Below are positions 1 through 8,864 of a stretch of 64,000 nt of DNA, piece by piece (position 1 is the stretch's first letter; every line of letters begins with the position of its first letter). Position numbers and translations under genes: made by a program. The DNA is taken from contig CALNYG010000003.1 of NCBI GenBank assembly GCA_942490825.1, forward strand, positions 4,105 through 68,104, in the 5' to 3' direction. The notes below the pieces were generated by a model. That model had not been told where the DNA came from, did not search any database, and saw nothing but the letters and a program-made list of their open reading frames with translations. Origin of the DNA: Candidatus Moraniibacteriota bacterium. Lineage in GTDB: Bacteria; Patescibacteriota; Minisyncoccia; Moranbacterales; GCA-2747515.

Positions 1-1115
1 CTTTTCAAAACATCTAAATACTTTTTTGCAATAACCTCCCAACTAAAATGTTTAATATTGAACTCTCGAGTCTTTTTACCAAAATTAACTTGATCAAAAT
101 CATCATTTAATAATTCCTTAATTTTCTCAACCCAAATCTCAGCATTTTCATGAGGAACCATAAAACCATTTTCACCATCAATAATCGCATCTTTCAAACC
201 CTGAAAATCAGCTGACAAAACAACACGCTCACAAACACCTGTCTCAATCGCATTAATCCCAAAACCTTCCATCGATCCATGAATATCAATATTTGGCGAA
301 ACAACCAAATCAACCGTATTAAATAAAACAGTTTTTTCTTCATCAGTTAAATTGGTGAGCAATCGAACACGATCTTGTAAATTATTTTTTTCAACCGCTT
401 TTTTCGATTTGTCATAAGAACTTTCGTCACCAGCTGTGGCAGTAGAAACCGCCAAACCCATTGCCACAAAAATATAATCTTCAGGAAGACGTGGCATTAC
501 ATTTTCAATAAACCAATGAACACCTTTATGCGGAACAAAACGTCCCATGCGGAAAATAACTTTTTTTCCAGTTAAATTCATATCAATTAATTTTGCCAAT
601 TCATCACGAGTATGACTTTTAAAATACTCATCAGGATAAATTCCATTAGGTATAAAAGCACATTTTTCTTCTTTAATTCCAATTTTTAGAGCTTCTTTGA
701 TTGTGTGATTTCCAACCATAATAAGTTTATCCAATTTTTTCAAAGCAGGAATATTTATAGCACGGTAAATTTTCCCCATCAACGATTTTTTATAAGCATA
801 AGTAATATCGAGACCGTGAACAATGCTGACAAATTTTGTTTTTTTATTAAGCCATTTTGTCCAACGTCCAAGTGGTGCTAAAACTCCATCGCCAAAAAGT
901 ACAGCGTCATATTTGTAAGAATTAAATAAAAGGTAAAGAAAAATATAGGGTATAAAATAGGGAAGAGCTCGCTTTCCTTTTTTATTTGCAATAATTTTTG
1001 TATCGGAAATTTCAGCAAGAGAATTAGCAATACCATAATTTTGATTTTCGATTCCGCCAAAGACTGGAGGATAAGCTCGAGAAATAAAAAGTATTTTAAA
1101 ATTTTCTTTTGACAT
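1..1115 (-). CDS. Glycosyltransferase, GT4-like (GT-B fold); 3' end lies beyond window edge
   Basis: Absent from the ORF track because it is open to the edge. Own translation from ATG (rc of 1113-1115): MSKENFKILFISRAYPPVFGGIENQ...RMGRFVPHKGVHWF...MEGFGINAIETGVCERVVL, which includes an E-x7-E motif typical of GT4 enzymes. Confidence 0.7.
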   Translation of the reverse strand, partial: MSKENFKILFISRAYPPVFGGIENQNYGIANSLAEISDTKIIANKKGKRALPYFIPYIFLYLLFNSYKYDAVLFGDGVLAPLGRWTKWLNKKTKFVSIVHGLDITYAYKKSLMGKIYRAINIPALKKLDKLIMVGNHTIKEALKIGIKEEKCAFIPNGIYPDEYFKSHTRDELAKLIDMNLTGKKVIFRMGRFVPHKGVHWFIENVMPRLPEDYIFVAMGLAVSTATAGDESSYDKSKKAVEKNNLQDRVRLLTNLTDEEKTVLFNTVDLVVSPNIDIHGSMEGFGINAIETGVCERVVLSADFQGLKDAIIDGENGFMVPHENAEIWVEKIKELLNDDFDQVNFGKKTREFNIKHFSWEVIAKKYLDVLK

Positions 1116-1247
1116 ATTTTTTTATTTATAAATAAACTTTCATTATTTATATAATACACTTTATGGAATATCCAGGCAATAAAATTAGCACATAAACTAG
1201 AGACAGTCTATGTGCTAAGCCCTTTGACTTTTGAGTTTTCAAAAATC

Positions 1248-1331
1248 TTAAGGGTAAAAATATAACCATAAAAATAATAAAACAACCAAAAAAAACTGCC
1301 AACAAAAATATTTATTAAAATAACTCTTCAT
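1248..1331 (-). CDS. Possible 27-aa hydrophobic micropeptide upstream of the glycosyltransferase
   Basis: AAAGGAGGTGA Shine-Dalgarno 6 nt before ATG (rc of 1329-1331). Translation MKSYFNKYFCWQFFLVVLLFLWLYFYP. Below the ORF-track size cutoff. Confidence 0.3.
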   Translation of the reverse strand: MKSYFNKYFCWQFFLVVLLFLWLYFYP

Positions 1332-1464
1332 CGTCAGTCACCTCCTTTAATTAATTGTTTTTATTGGATTTACTTAAAATACAAATAATTTACTTAAAAG
1401 TCAACTCTATCCTTAATTTAGTTTTTGATTTATAATTAGGATAGTAAATAATAATATTAAAAAT

Positions 1465-1716
1465 ATGGGAACAAATAAAATTTCTGTTAGTCAAAAGCGA
1501 AATGATTGTATCGGTTGCGGTGCATGCACAGCTTTTGCTCCAAATAATTGGTCAATGAGTGATGAGGATGGTAAGGCAGATTTAAAAGATGCAGTTGAAA
1601 AAGGTGACATGATGGTTGCTGAAGTTGATGAAGATCAGTTAGAAGAAAATAAACAAGCCGCGGATGCTTGTCCAGTTCAAATTATTAAAGTCGCTGGACA
1701 TAATGAGAATGAATAA
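1465..1716 (+). CDS. Small single-cluster ferredoxin
   Basis: 83 aa with Cys pattern CIGCGAC ... ACP (CxxCxxC...CP). Followed by a hairpin terminator. Confidence 0.7.
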   Translation: MGTNKISVSQKRNDCIGCGACTAFAPNNWSMSDEDGKADLKDAVEKGDMMVAEVDEDQLEENKQAADACPVQIIKVAGHNENE

Positions 1717-1732
1717 TTTTGAGAATATTATT

Positions 1733-1766
1733 AAAAACCACTTGAGAGAGTGGTTTTTAATTTTTG
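1733..1766 (+). terminator. Intrinsic terminator after ferredoxin
   Basis: AAAAACCACTT-GAGAG-AGTGGTTTTT hairpin followed by a T-rich run. Confidence 0.7.
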
Positions 1767-1773
1767 TATAAGT

Positions 1774-1917
1774 TGTCATTCTGAATGTAGCGTAGCGGAG
1801 TGAAGAATCTCAGTAAATTTTTCTGATATTTTAGTTTTAGAGTTTTGTGATTTTTTGTGGGGGATTCTTCGCTTCGTAAAATTTTCTAACGAAAATCTTA
1901 CTCTATTCAGAATGACG
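1774..1917. repeat. R2 palindromic element (TGTCAT...ATGAC termini), full copy
   Basis: TGTCATTCTGAAT-GTAGCGTAGCGGAGTGAAGAATC ... GGGGGATTCTTCGC ... ATTCAGAATGACG. Outer and inner inverted repeats surround an AT-rich spacer. Confidence 0.8.
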
Positions 1918-1924
1918 CGAAAAT

Positions 1925-1949
1925 GTATCATAGCCCGTGCGGCGAGCAC
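1925..1949 (+). repeat. R1 box, short form (GTATCATAGCCCGTGCGGCGAGCAC)
   Basis: One of 10 copies of the GCCCGTGCGGCGAGC core in the window. Confidence 0.8.
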
Positions 1950-2042
1950 TGTATTTTTTAAAATTATGTACTTTACTCAAATGTTTATAAAATATATAAT
2001 GGAAAGACAGTTTGATCTCTTTATTTCAAAAATAAAAACAAA

Positions 2043-3239
2043 ATGGTAAGAAGAAGAAAGATAACGGCTAGAAAAGTTGGAAAGAAAAAAGCCAAAAATA
2101 AACATAGAATAATATCTAGTCAAATTTTCACTGTAGAAGGTGTGGTGGACAGATTTTTATTACAGATTGTTTGTGCAATAGTTATTTTTGGTCTTTTAAT
2201 GATTGCTAGTGCAGGAGTAATTTATGCAGATGTTAATTTTGGAGATCCAGATTTCTTTTTTAAGAGACAGCTTTTTGGAGCGGTTTTAGGTTTCATTTCA
2301 ATGTTTATATTTAGTCGTATTGATTACCATTTTTTTCGCAAATGGTCTTTTTTAATTTTTATCGGTTCGCTTGTAATGTTATCTTTGACTTTGATTAGCG
2401 GGCTAGCAATCGAATCTTATGGCGCTAGTCGTTGGCTATCATTGGGACCATTCTCTTTTCAGCCTTCGGAAATGGTGAAATTAACTTTGATTCTTTATGT
2501 TTCTGCTTGGTGTTCATCGAAAGGACAAAAGAGTGTTGCAGATTTTAACGAGGGATTTCTTCCATTTATGGTTATTTTAGCAGCGGCCTGTGCATTGATT
2601 ATTGCTCAGCCAGATGTGGGAACAACAGGAATGCTTGCGATGATTGCAATTAGCATGTTCTATTTGGCAGGAGCACAGATTCAACATATCGTTTCAATTT
2701 TTGGCTTGGGAGCAACTTCTTTAATTATTTTAGTAGCAACTGCGGAATATCGATTAGTTCGTTTTACTTCTTTTTTGAATCCAGAAAAACATCTTGATGG
2801 TGCAGGTTATCAGATTTATCAAGCTTTAATTGCGATTGGTAGTGGTGGTATTTGGGGACTTGGTTTAGGGCGTAGTCAGCAAAAGGCTTTGTATTTGCCT
2901 GAGCCAGTCGGAGATTCTATTTTTGCGATTATTTCTGAAGAACTTGGTTTTTTGGGTGTAGTTGCTGTTTTAATAGCTTTTTTATTATTTGCTTCTAGAG
3001 GGATAAAGATTGCTCGTAATGCGCCAGACTTATTTGGTCGGCTGATTGCAGGTGGAATTGTTACTTGGATTATGGGGCAGGCAATTATGAACATCGCTGG
3101 AATTTCTGCTCTTATTCCATTGACAGGAATTACTTTGCCATTCATTAGCTATGGTGGTACGTCAATCGTTTTTGTTTTAACGGCAGTTGGGATTTTACTT
3201 AATATTTCGAGACAATCAATTATTTTGGAGAAAAATTAG
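2043..3239 (+). CDS. ftsW: SEDS-family peptidoglycan polymerase, FtsW-type
   Basis: Polytopic membrane protein with SEDS-like segments ([36 protein letters not shown]). Lies immediately upstream of murG. Confidence 0.8.
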   Translation: [398 protein letters not shown]

Positions 3240-3354
3240 AAATATTTTTTGGGTAGAGTTTTATGTGAGTTTAGAAAAAAGTTAAATTAATGTATAATAT
3301 TAAGTAGTTGATAAATTTAGTAATTAGCTAAATATTTTTTATTTAAAAATAAAT

Positions 3355-4473
3355 ATGGCAAAAAGAATAGTTTTAGTTGGCGGCGGATCAGGTGGACATA
3401 TTTTTCCGCTTGTAGCTGTGGCAAAAGAATTTAAAAAGCAACATCCAAATACAAAATTTCTCTATATGGGAAGTAACTCTCCAATGAGGCAAAAGGCTGA
3501 AGAAGCAATGACAAAAGAGGACATTAAAACAACCATTATTTTTTCGGGAAAGATTCGGCGTTATTTTTCATTTCGAACTATTTTGGATTTATTATTTATT
3601 CCATTGGGAATTATTCAATCGCTTATCATTTTATTGATTTATATGCCAGATGCGGTTTTTTCAAAGGGTGGTCATGATTCAGTTCCGGTGGTTTTAGCGG
3701 CTTGGATTTATCGAATTCCTGTTTTGACTCATGATTCAGATGCAATTCCAGGATGGGCAAATCGTTTTTGTGGAAGGTTGTCTAAATACGTAGCGATTTC
3801 TTATGAGCGAAGTCGAAAGTATTTTTTTAGTTATAAAACTTTATTAACGGGAAATCCTATTCGAGAGGAATTAACTCAAGGTGATGTAAAAAAAGCAAGA
3901 GAGCGATGGGGATTTAGTGAGTCTAAACCAGTTGTTTTTGTTACGGGAGGTAGTCAAGGAGCAAGGTTGATTAATAATTCTATTATTAAAATTTTAGGTG
4001 AATTGACTCATGTTGCTCAAGTTTTGCATGTAACAGGTCCAAAAAATTATGATCGAGTGAAAAAGTTAGCAGGAGAATATGGTTTTCGAACTGATCGACA
4101 TCGTTATGTTGCGGTTCCATTTTTAGAAAGGGATGAAATGGCGGATGCATATGCGTTTGCAGATGTGGTTATTTCGAGGAGTGGGGCTAATTCAATTACT
4201 GAAATTGCGGCAAATAAAAAACCATCTATTTTGATTCCACTAGCGAGTGCAGCGAATAATCATCAATATATGAATGGTTTTGAGATCGCTAGAATGGGGG
4301 GTGCGGTTGTTTTAGAGGAGGGTAATTTGACGAGACATGTTTTATTAGAAAAAATTAAGAAATTGATTTTGGATAAAGAATTAGCTAAACAAATGAGTGA
4401 AAAATCGTCTGGGTTTTATAATCCTAATTCTGCGAAAGAGATTGTGGAGGGGATTGATAAGATGATGAAATAG
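3355..4473 (+). CDS. murG: Undecaprenyl-PP-MurNAc-pentapeptide GlcNAc transferase MurG
   Basis: N-terminal GGGSGGHIFP loop, TGGSQGA motif, and length and position typical of MurG. Confidence 0.85.
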   Translation: MAKRIVLVGGGSGGHIFPLVAVAKEFKKQHPNTKFLYMGSNSPMRQKAEEAMTKEDIKTTIIFSGKIRRYFSFRTILDLLFIPLGIIQSLIILLIYMPDAVFSKGGHDSVPVVLAAWIYRIPVLTHDSDAIPGWANRFCGRLSKYVAISYERSRKYFFSYKTLLTGNPIREELTQGDVKKARERWGFSESKPVVFVTGGSQGARLINNSIIKILGELTHVAQVLHVTGPKNYDRVKKLAGEYGFRTDRHRYVAVPFLERDEMADAYAFADVVISRSGANSITEIAANKKPSILIPLASAANNHQYMNGFEIARMGGAVVLEEGNLTRHVLLEKIKKLILDKELAKQMSEKSSGFYNPNSAKEIVEGIDKMMK

Positions 4474-4581
4474 TTTTTGACGTTGGTGATTTATAATTTT
4501 AAAAAATAAAGATATTTATCAAAGTAATTTTTTATGGCTATAATAAATCTAAGTTTAATAAATATTTAAAAAAATAAAAAA

Positions 4582-5325
4582 ATGGAAGAAAATACTCCGA
4601 GTAAAGTGGGAACTTTTTTGAGTTCTGCAATGCATAAGTTTATAAGTATAATAGTGGTTTTATTAATTTTAGGATTAGCTGGAATTATAGTTTTCTTTTG
4701 GAATAAAAATCAACTTTTAGAGCAAAAGAATGAAATTTTACAAGAACAAAAAGATAATTTTACTGAAATGAATAATCAGGTTAGGGTTGAAGATGTTGTA
4801 GTTAAGAAAACTATTAAAGATGATGTTGAAGGTTTTGATAATATTGAAGTAACTACAAATAATAATTCTAGCGTACCTTTAAATTCTCGAAATGATATTT
4901 CAACTCAAAATAATACAATTGATAATAAAGTTTATTTTGAAGTTAAAGAATTAGGTATAAAATTTTTAATGGATAAAGATTTTGCAAATAAATTAACTTA
5001 TAAAGTAATAAGTGCAAACAGTGTAAATTTTTCAACAAAAGAACTTAACTCTATAGAGGGTGGTACTTGTGATAAAAAATTAGTTAGGATAACTAAAATT
5101 AAGGGAGTAGCTAATAATGATGATTCTTATGAAAAACCAATTAATATGAATTATATTAAACAATTTAAAAATTATTATATTCAACTTGAAGGACCACAAA
5201 TATCATGTTCTAATAATGATGAAAGAGTTTTAATGGATAAAAATAAAAAAGATTATTATTATCAACAAGAATTAGAAGTTTCAAAAAAAATATTGGATTC
5301 AATGATATCAATAACAGAATTATAA
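4582..5325 (+). CDS. Membrane-anchored protein, MEENTPSKV-family paralog 1 (conserved N-terminus, unique C-terminal domain)
   Basis: The first 24 aa (MEENTPSKVGTFLSSAMHKFISII) are identical to ORFs 50903-51700(-) and 52743-53498(-). A TM helix then a coiled-coil-like LLEQ...LQ.Q...F.EMN segment follows. The remainder is unrelated to the other paralogs. Confidence 0.6.
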   Translation: MEENTPSKVGTFLSSAMHKFISIIVVLLILGLAGIIVFFWNKNQLLEQKNEILQEQKDNFTEMNNQVRVEDVVVKKTIKDDVEGFDNIEVTTNNNSSVPLNSRNDISTQNNTIDNKVYFEVKELGIKFLMDKDFANKLTYKVISANSVNFSTKELNSIEGGTCDKKLVRITKIKGVANNDDSYEKPINMNYIKQFKNYYIQLEGPQISCSNNDERVLMDKNKKDYYYQQELEVSKKILDSMISITEL

Positions 5326-5331
5326 TTTAAA

Positions 5332-5397
5332 ATGTTAACTTTTTACTAAGATCTACCGCAAAAATTAGATCCTGTTTTATTTTTAACAGGATCTTTT
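5332..5397 (+). pseudogene. Fragment copying the 5' end of lgt (stop at codon 6)
   Basis: ATGTTAACTTTTTACTAAGATCTACCGCAAAAATTAGATCCTGTTTTATTTTTAACAGGATCTTTT aligns with the rc of the true lgt start (52738 downward), ATGTTAACTTTCTACCAAAACCTACCGCAAAAATTAGATCCTGTTTTATTTTCAGCAGGATCTTTT. Confidence 0.7.
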
Positions 5398-5439
5398 TTA
5401 ATTTCCCTAAAAACCCAAATTTTCTGGTATAATAAAAAC

Positions 5440-6312
5440 ATGATAATCGGACACAATAAACAAAAACAACTAATTGACCAAATGCTACAGAAAGAAAGTA
5501 TGAATCACCATGCTTTTATTTTTGCTGGTCCAGAATATATCGGAAAATATAAAATAGCCCAGCAATTTTCAAACGCCTTATCTGAAGGAACTAGTGATTG
5601 CGATTGGCGAAACATAAATCAGCGAGTAAATAGCGATATTACAATTATTGAGCCTCTAGCCGAAGAGAAAAAAGGAATTGTAAAATATAAAAATATATCT
5701 GTTTCACAAATTCGCGAGGCAGTGAGAGTTTTTCATTTATCAGTAGATAAAAAAGCGAAAGTTATAATTATTCGAAACGCACACAAAATGACTGTTGGGG
5801 CTCAAAATGCACTTTTGAAAACTTTAGAAGAACCACCTAAAAATTCTTTTTTAATTTTGACAACTTCTGAAACTTCAAATCTTTTAGACACGATCGTTTC
5901 CCGTTGTTTTAAAATTACATTTAATTTACTTGAAAAAGAAGAATTGCGAGTTTTAAGTGATGACGAGGAATTAATCGATAATGCAATGGGGCGACCAGAA
6001 TTATTACAAAAGATAACTGAAGATCATGAATTTAATGATTGGGTTAAATATTCGGTTGAGCAATTACGATCTTTGGCAAAATTATCCATACATGAAAAAA
6101 TTAATTTGGCGGAATTATTGAGTAAAAAAAATAAAAGCGATTTAGATATTTTCTTGCAAGTTTGGATTTGGAGAATCAGAAATGCTGCTCACAAAACGAA
6201 GAAATATAATTTGTTAAAATTTGCTGACAAGACAGAGAAAGTTTATCATGAGATTCATTCTAGTAATATTAATGTTCGATTGATTTTGGAGGATCTATTT
6301 TTAGGTGTTTGA
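5440..6312 (+). CDS. holB: DNA polymerase III delta-prime subunit (clamp loader)
   Basis: HAFIFAGPEYIGK P-loop-like segment, LKTLEEPP box and SRC motif, about 290 aa. Confidence 0.7.
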   Translation: MIIGHNKQKQLIDQMLQKESMNHHAFIFAGPEYIGKYKIAQQFSNALSEGTSDCDWRNINQRVNSDITIIEPLAEEKKGIVKYKNISVSQIREAVRVFHLSVDKKAKVIIIRNAHKMTVGAQNALLKTLEEPPKNSFLILTTSETSNLLDTIVSRCFKITFNLLEKEELRVLSDDEELIDNAMGRPELLQKITEDHEFNDWVKYSVEQLRSLAKLSIHEKINLAELLSKKNKSDLDIFLQVWIWRIRNAAHKTKKYNLLKFADKTEKVYHEIHSSNINVRLILEDLFLGV

Positions 6313-6332
6313 TGTGACATAGCTTTTGTGTA

Positions 6333-6468
6333 TGTCATCCCCACATGGTGGAGATTTAGGTTTAAAAAACTTTGGGTTAAATTACAAACTGAAGTGCAAT
6401 CGTAAAATTATAATTTTAATTATTCTGGACCTATCTGCCGAACAGGCAAGCTCCAGCCGGAAATGACA
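6333..6468. repeat. R2-family variant (TGTCATCCCCACATGG ... CCAGCCGGAAATGACA)
   Basis: Same TGTCAT/ATGACA termini and about the same size (136 bp) as other R2 copies. The right arm contains a CTATCTGCCGAACAGGCAAG hairpin module. Confidence 0.6.
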
Positions 6469-6489
6469 TTAAGATAGTTTATATAAATA

Positions 6490-7440
6490 ATGAAAATGTA
6501 CATAAAATCAATTAAAAAAAAGATAAAGAAAAAAAGTACTAAAAAACGTAAAAGTCAACAAAAGGAATTTTCTTGGAATAGATTTTATTTTAAATTGATC
6601 TGTATTTTATTTTTTGGAATAACAATTTATGTTTTATTTTTTTCTAAATTAGCAAAGGTTGATGAGATAAATATTAATGGTAATCAAGTTGTTAATTCAG
6701 AATCTATACTTCAAAATGTTGAGTTACAAATGACGACGAAAAACTTTTTACAAATCTCAAAAAGTAATTTTTTTCTTGTTTCAGAAAATAAGCTACAACA
6801 AACTATTTTGGATAATTTTCCTAAAATAAAAAATGTGGAAGTGAAAAAAGTTTTTCCAAATCAAATTGACGTTTCTGTTACTGAACATGATTTAATTCCT
6901 ATTGTGTGTATTGAGAGTCAGGAAGGGGAATGTTTTATTTTAGAAAATGATGGACGAATTGTTGAAAAAGCAGATTTTGATAGTGCAAAATTAAAAGAAA
7001 ATAAAATAGTGGTAATCATTGATAAGAATAAAAATGATATTGTTGAAATCGGCAAAGAATTTATTTTGGAGGAAAAGTTAAATAATATTATTTTTTTAGG
7101 GGAAGAGCTAACTTATGTTTTAAATGTTAAAATTAAACAGCCTTATATTATTCCAGCACGTGGGGCAAAGGAGGTTCAATTTAATACAGGCGAAGGTTGG
7201 TATTTGCAAATTGATACGGTTGATGATCCGCAAATTTCTTTGAAGGTAACCGAGCTTTTTTTTGAAAAAGGTTTTAATATTCAACACGATGATTTGACTC
7301 GTTATGATTTGGAATATGTTGATGCCAGAACAAATAAAAAGGTTTTTTATAAATATAATAAAAGCGAAAGAATTGTTGAAAGTGATCAAATGATGGATGA
7401 GGATTTAGAAGAAGAAAATGATGAAGTTGTTGAAAATTAG
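6490..7440 (+). CDS. ftsQ: Cell division protein FtsQ/DivIB-like (POTRA)
   Basis: Lys-rich N-terminus, a single TM, then a POTRA-like ININGNQVVNSESILQNV segment. Lies near ftsW-murG. Confidence 0.55.
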   Translation: MKMYIKSIKKKIKKKSTKKRKSQQKEFSWNRFYFKLICILFFGITIYVLFFSKLAKVDEININGNQVVNSESILQNVELQMTTKNFLQISKSNFFLVSENKLQQTILDNFPKIKNVEVKKVFPNQIDVSVTEHDLIPIVCIESQEGECFILENDGRIVEKADFDSAKLKENKIVVIIDKNKNDIVEIGKEFILEEKLNNIIFLGEELTYVLNVKIKQPYIIPARGAKEVQFNTGEGWYLQIDTVDDPQISLKVTELFFEKGFNIQHDDLTRYDLEYVDARTNKKVFYKYNKSERIVESDQMMDEDLEEENDEVVEN

Positions 7441-7555
7441 AGAAATTTTTTTTTTGTATATTTTATTTTTAATTATTTTAACAAACGTTGTATTTTAATT
7501 TAGAATTTTTCACTTTATATTTTTGAATAACGGAAAAATATGAATCTGTTATATT

Positions 7556-8041
7556 TTAAAAAAATTTATCACAGATCTTTTTTTCTTCGATCAAAACTTT
7601 TCTAATACCTTTGATCATCGCGAACAATCTACCAATCAACAATCCAGCCAAAAAAATCAAAGCAAAAGCATTCAGCTCATTACCATTTAACCAATGCCCA
7701 AAAATCCACTTTTTACCAATCTCAATTCCAATATAAATCACAAGAATAACAGTTCCCATTCTATCCAATTTCGTAACAACCTGTTGCTCCTCCTCATGCC
7801 AAAGCGTCTTAAACATCCTACCAGCAATCAATCCAATGGCAGTTCCAATCGATAAACTAAAAATAGCCAAGGGAAAACTCACATCTCCTCGAAAAATTTT
7901 GTGAGCAGAAATACCTAAAATTATAAAAATAATAATAAAGAATATCTTCAATCTTTTGCGGAGTTTTTTGCAAACATGCTTTCTAGTAATGTGTTTTTTA
8001 TTTTTAATATTATGATTTAATTTTTTTATAATTTTTTTCAT
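7556..8041 (-). CDS. Hypothetical membrane protein (3-4 TM)
   Basis: 161-aa ORF with a basic N-terminus and hydrophobic helices. No recognisable motif. Confidence 0.5.
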   Translation of the reverse strand: MKKIIKKLNHNIKNKKHITRKHVCKKLRKRLKIFFIIIFIILGISAHKIFRGDVSFPLAIFSLSIGTAIGLIAGRMFKTLWHEEEQQVVTKLDRMGTVILVIYIGIEIGKKWIFGHWLNGNELNAFALIFLAGLLIGRLFAMIKGIRKVLIEEKKICDKFF

Positions 8042-8103
8042 GTTTATTTTTGTAAAAAAGATTGAAAGTTTTGATGTTTAACAAAATTCCAGATAAATAA
8101 TTT

Positions 8104-8222
8104 TTTCACTCTGTTACAAAATTATTTTCCAGAATGACATGATTTGGATGACTTGTTGATGTGATGTCTGTATTTTATAAGTTTATCAGAAAAGTTGATT
8201 GTTTGCTATGTTCAGAATGACG
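8104..8222. repeat. Two partial R2 right arms (...CCAGAATGACA at 8130-8139; ...GTTCAGAATGACG at 8210-8222)
   Basis: The sequences match the right-arm ends of full R2 copies but lack left arms. Confidence 0.5.
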
Positions 8223-8413
8223 TGAAAAAATTAAATCATGTTTATAAAATTAATGCAGAAAATACGCAGAGATATTTTATTGAAGTTTGGAACTGGTCGA
8301 TCGATTATGGTGAAATTTCTTTTACACACATTCGACGAGAGCAAAATAAAGTTGCAGATAGTTTGGTGAATAAAGCTTTGGATGAAGAAAGCGATCAGGT
8401 GGCTTTGTTTTAA
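8195..8413 (+). pseudogene. RNase H-like C-terminal remnant
   Basis: Only the C-terminal ~55 aa of an RNase HI/RVT_3-type domain is present (...ISFTHIRREQNKVADSLVNKALDEE). The N-terminal catalytic half is absent, and the 5' part of the ORF is R2 repeat sequence. Confidence 0.6.
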
Positions 8414-8431
8414 TTTATTGTAATGAAATAA

Positions 8432-8552
8432 TGCAGGAGCGGGTTTTGTAACCCGCTCCACACGTTCATCTTTAACTTATAAATAAATTTAAAATATAGT
8501 TTTTCTATAATTCAGAAACGTCATGAAACCAGTTGTAAAACTAGTTCCTGCG
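8432..8552. repeat. R3 element (TGCAGGA...TCCTGC termini, 121 bp)
   Basis: Left arm TGCAGGAGCGGGTTTTGTAACCCGCTCCACACGTT and right arm AACGTCATGAAACCAGTTGTAAAACTAGTTCCTGCG. Each arm is itself a hairpin. Other copies are at 59084 and 62130. Confidence 0.8.
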
Positions 8553-8586
8553 AAAAGTTTTGTTGATGCTTAAATTTAAAATTTTT

Positions 8587-8676
8587 GTGATTTTCTGTGG
8601 GGGATTCCTGTCTGCCGACAGGCAGGCTTCACTTCTTTATTTTTTTAACAAAAAAATAAATCCGTTCAGAATGACA
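8587..8676. repeat. R2 half element with embedded hairpin module H (8607-8626)
   Basis: GTGATTTTCTGTGGGGGATTC-[CTGTCTGCCGACAGGCAGG]-CTTCAC...CCGTTCAGAATGACAG. Apart from the H insertion it is the rc of the copy at 58984-59050. Confidence 0.75.
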
Positions 8677-8703
8677 GAAGACTTTAAGAAAAACTATTAA
8701 CCC

Positions 8704-8750
8704 AAAAAGCCCGTGCGGCGAGTCTGCCTATCGGCAGACAGGCACTTTTT
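8704..8750 (+). repeat. R1 box, long form (with CTGCCTATCGGCAGACAGGC hairpin and T-run)
   Basis: AAAAAGCCCGTGCGGCGAGTCTGCCTATCGGCAGACAGGCACTTTTT. Confidence 0.85.
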
Positions 8751-8864
8751 AAAATAAAAAAAACTTTTAACTTAACTTAAATTAAAGATAAAGATTTTCC
8801 AACTATTGACAAAATAAAAATAAAATGTTATAGTTGATGGTTAACTTAGCATTAAAAATATTAA

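Noticed and set aside
878-1159. Track ORF (93 aa, minus strand) at the start of the window
   Set aside because: This is the wrong frame. A different minus-strand frame, starting at ATG 1115 and open to position 1, gives a clean GT4 glycosyltransferase. The 93-aa product is low-complexity.
1855-2049. Small ORFs lying inside repeat elements. They are 1855-2049, 34638-34847, 36705-36890, 36934-37137, 51612-52184 and 10749-10952.
   Set aside because: Their sequences are translations of R1/R2 repeat DNA, of the tRNA, or of the T-rich leader region (for example ...IIARAAS... from the GCCCGTGCGGCGAGC box). No SD is present, and they overlap better-supported features.
2876-3145. Antisense shadow ORFs inside well-supported genes. 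Examples are 2876-3145, 7120-7389, 19277-19573, 23231-23694, 25237-25656, 27442-27777, 28603-28893, 39003-39299, 47822-48061, 53590-54153 and 60273-61107.
   Set aside because: Each is fully embedded opposite a gene with strong family motifs. Their compositions are typical of reverse-frame artefacts in AT-rich DNA.
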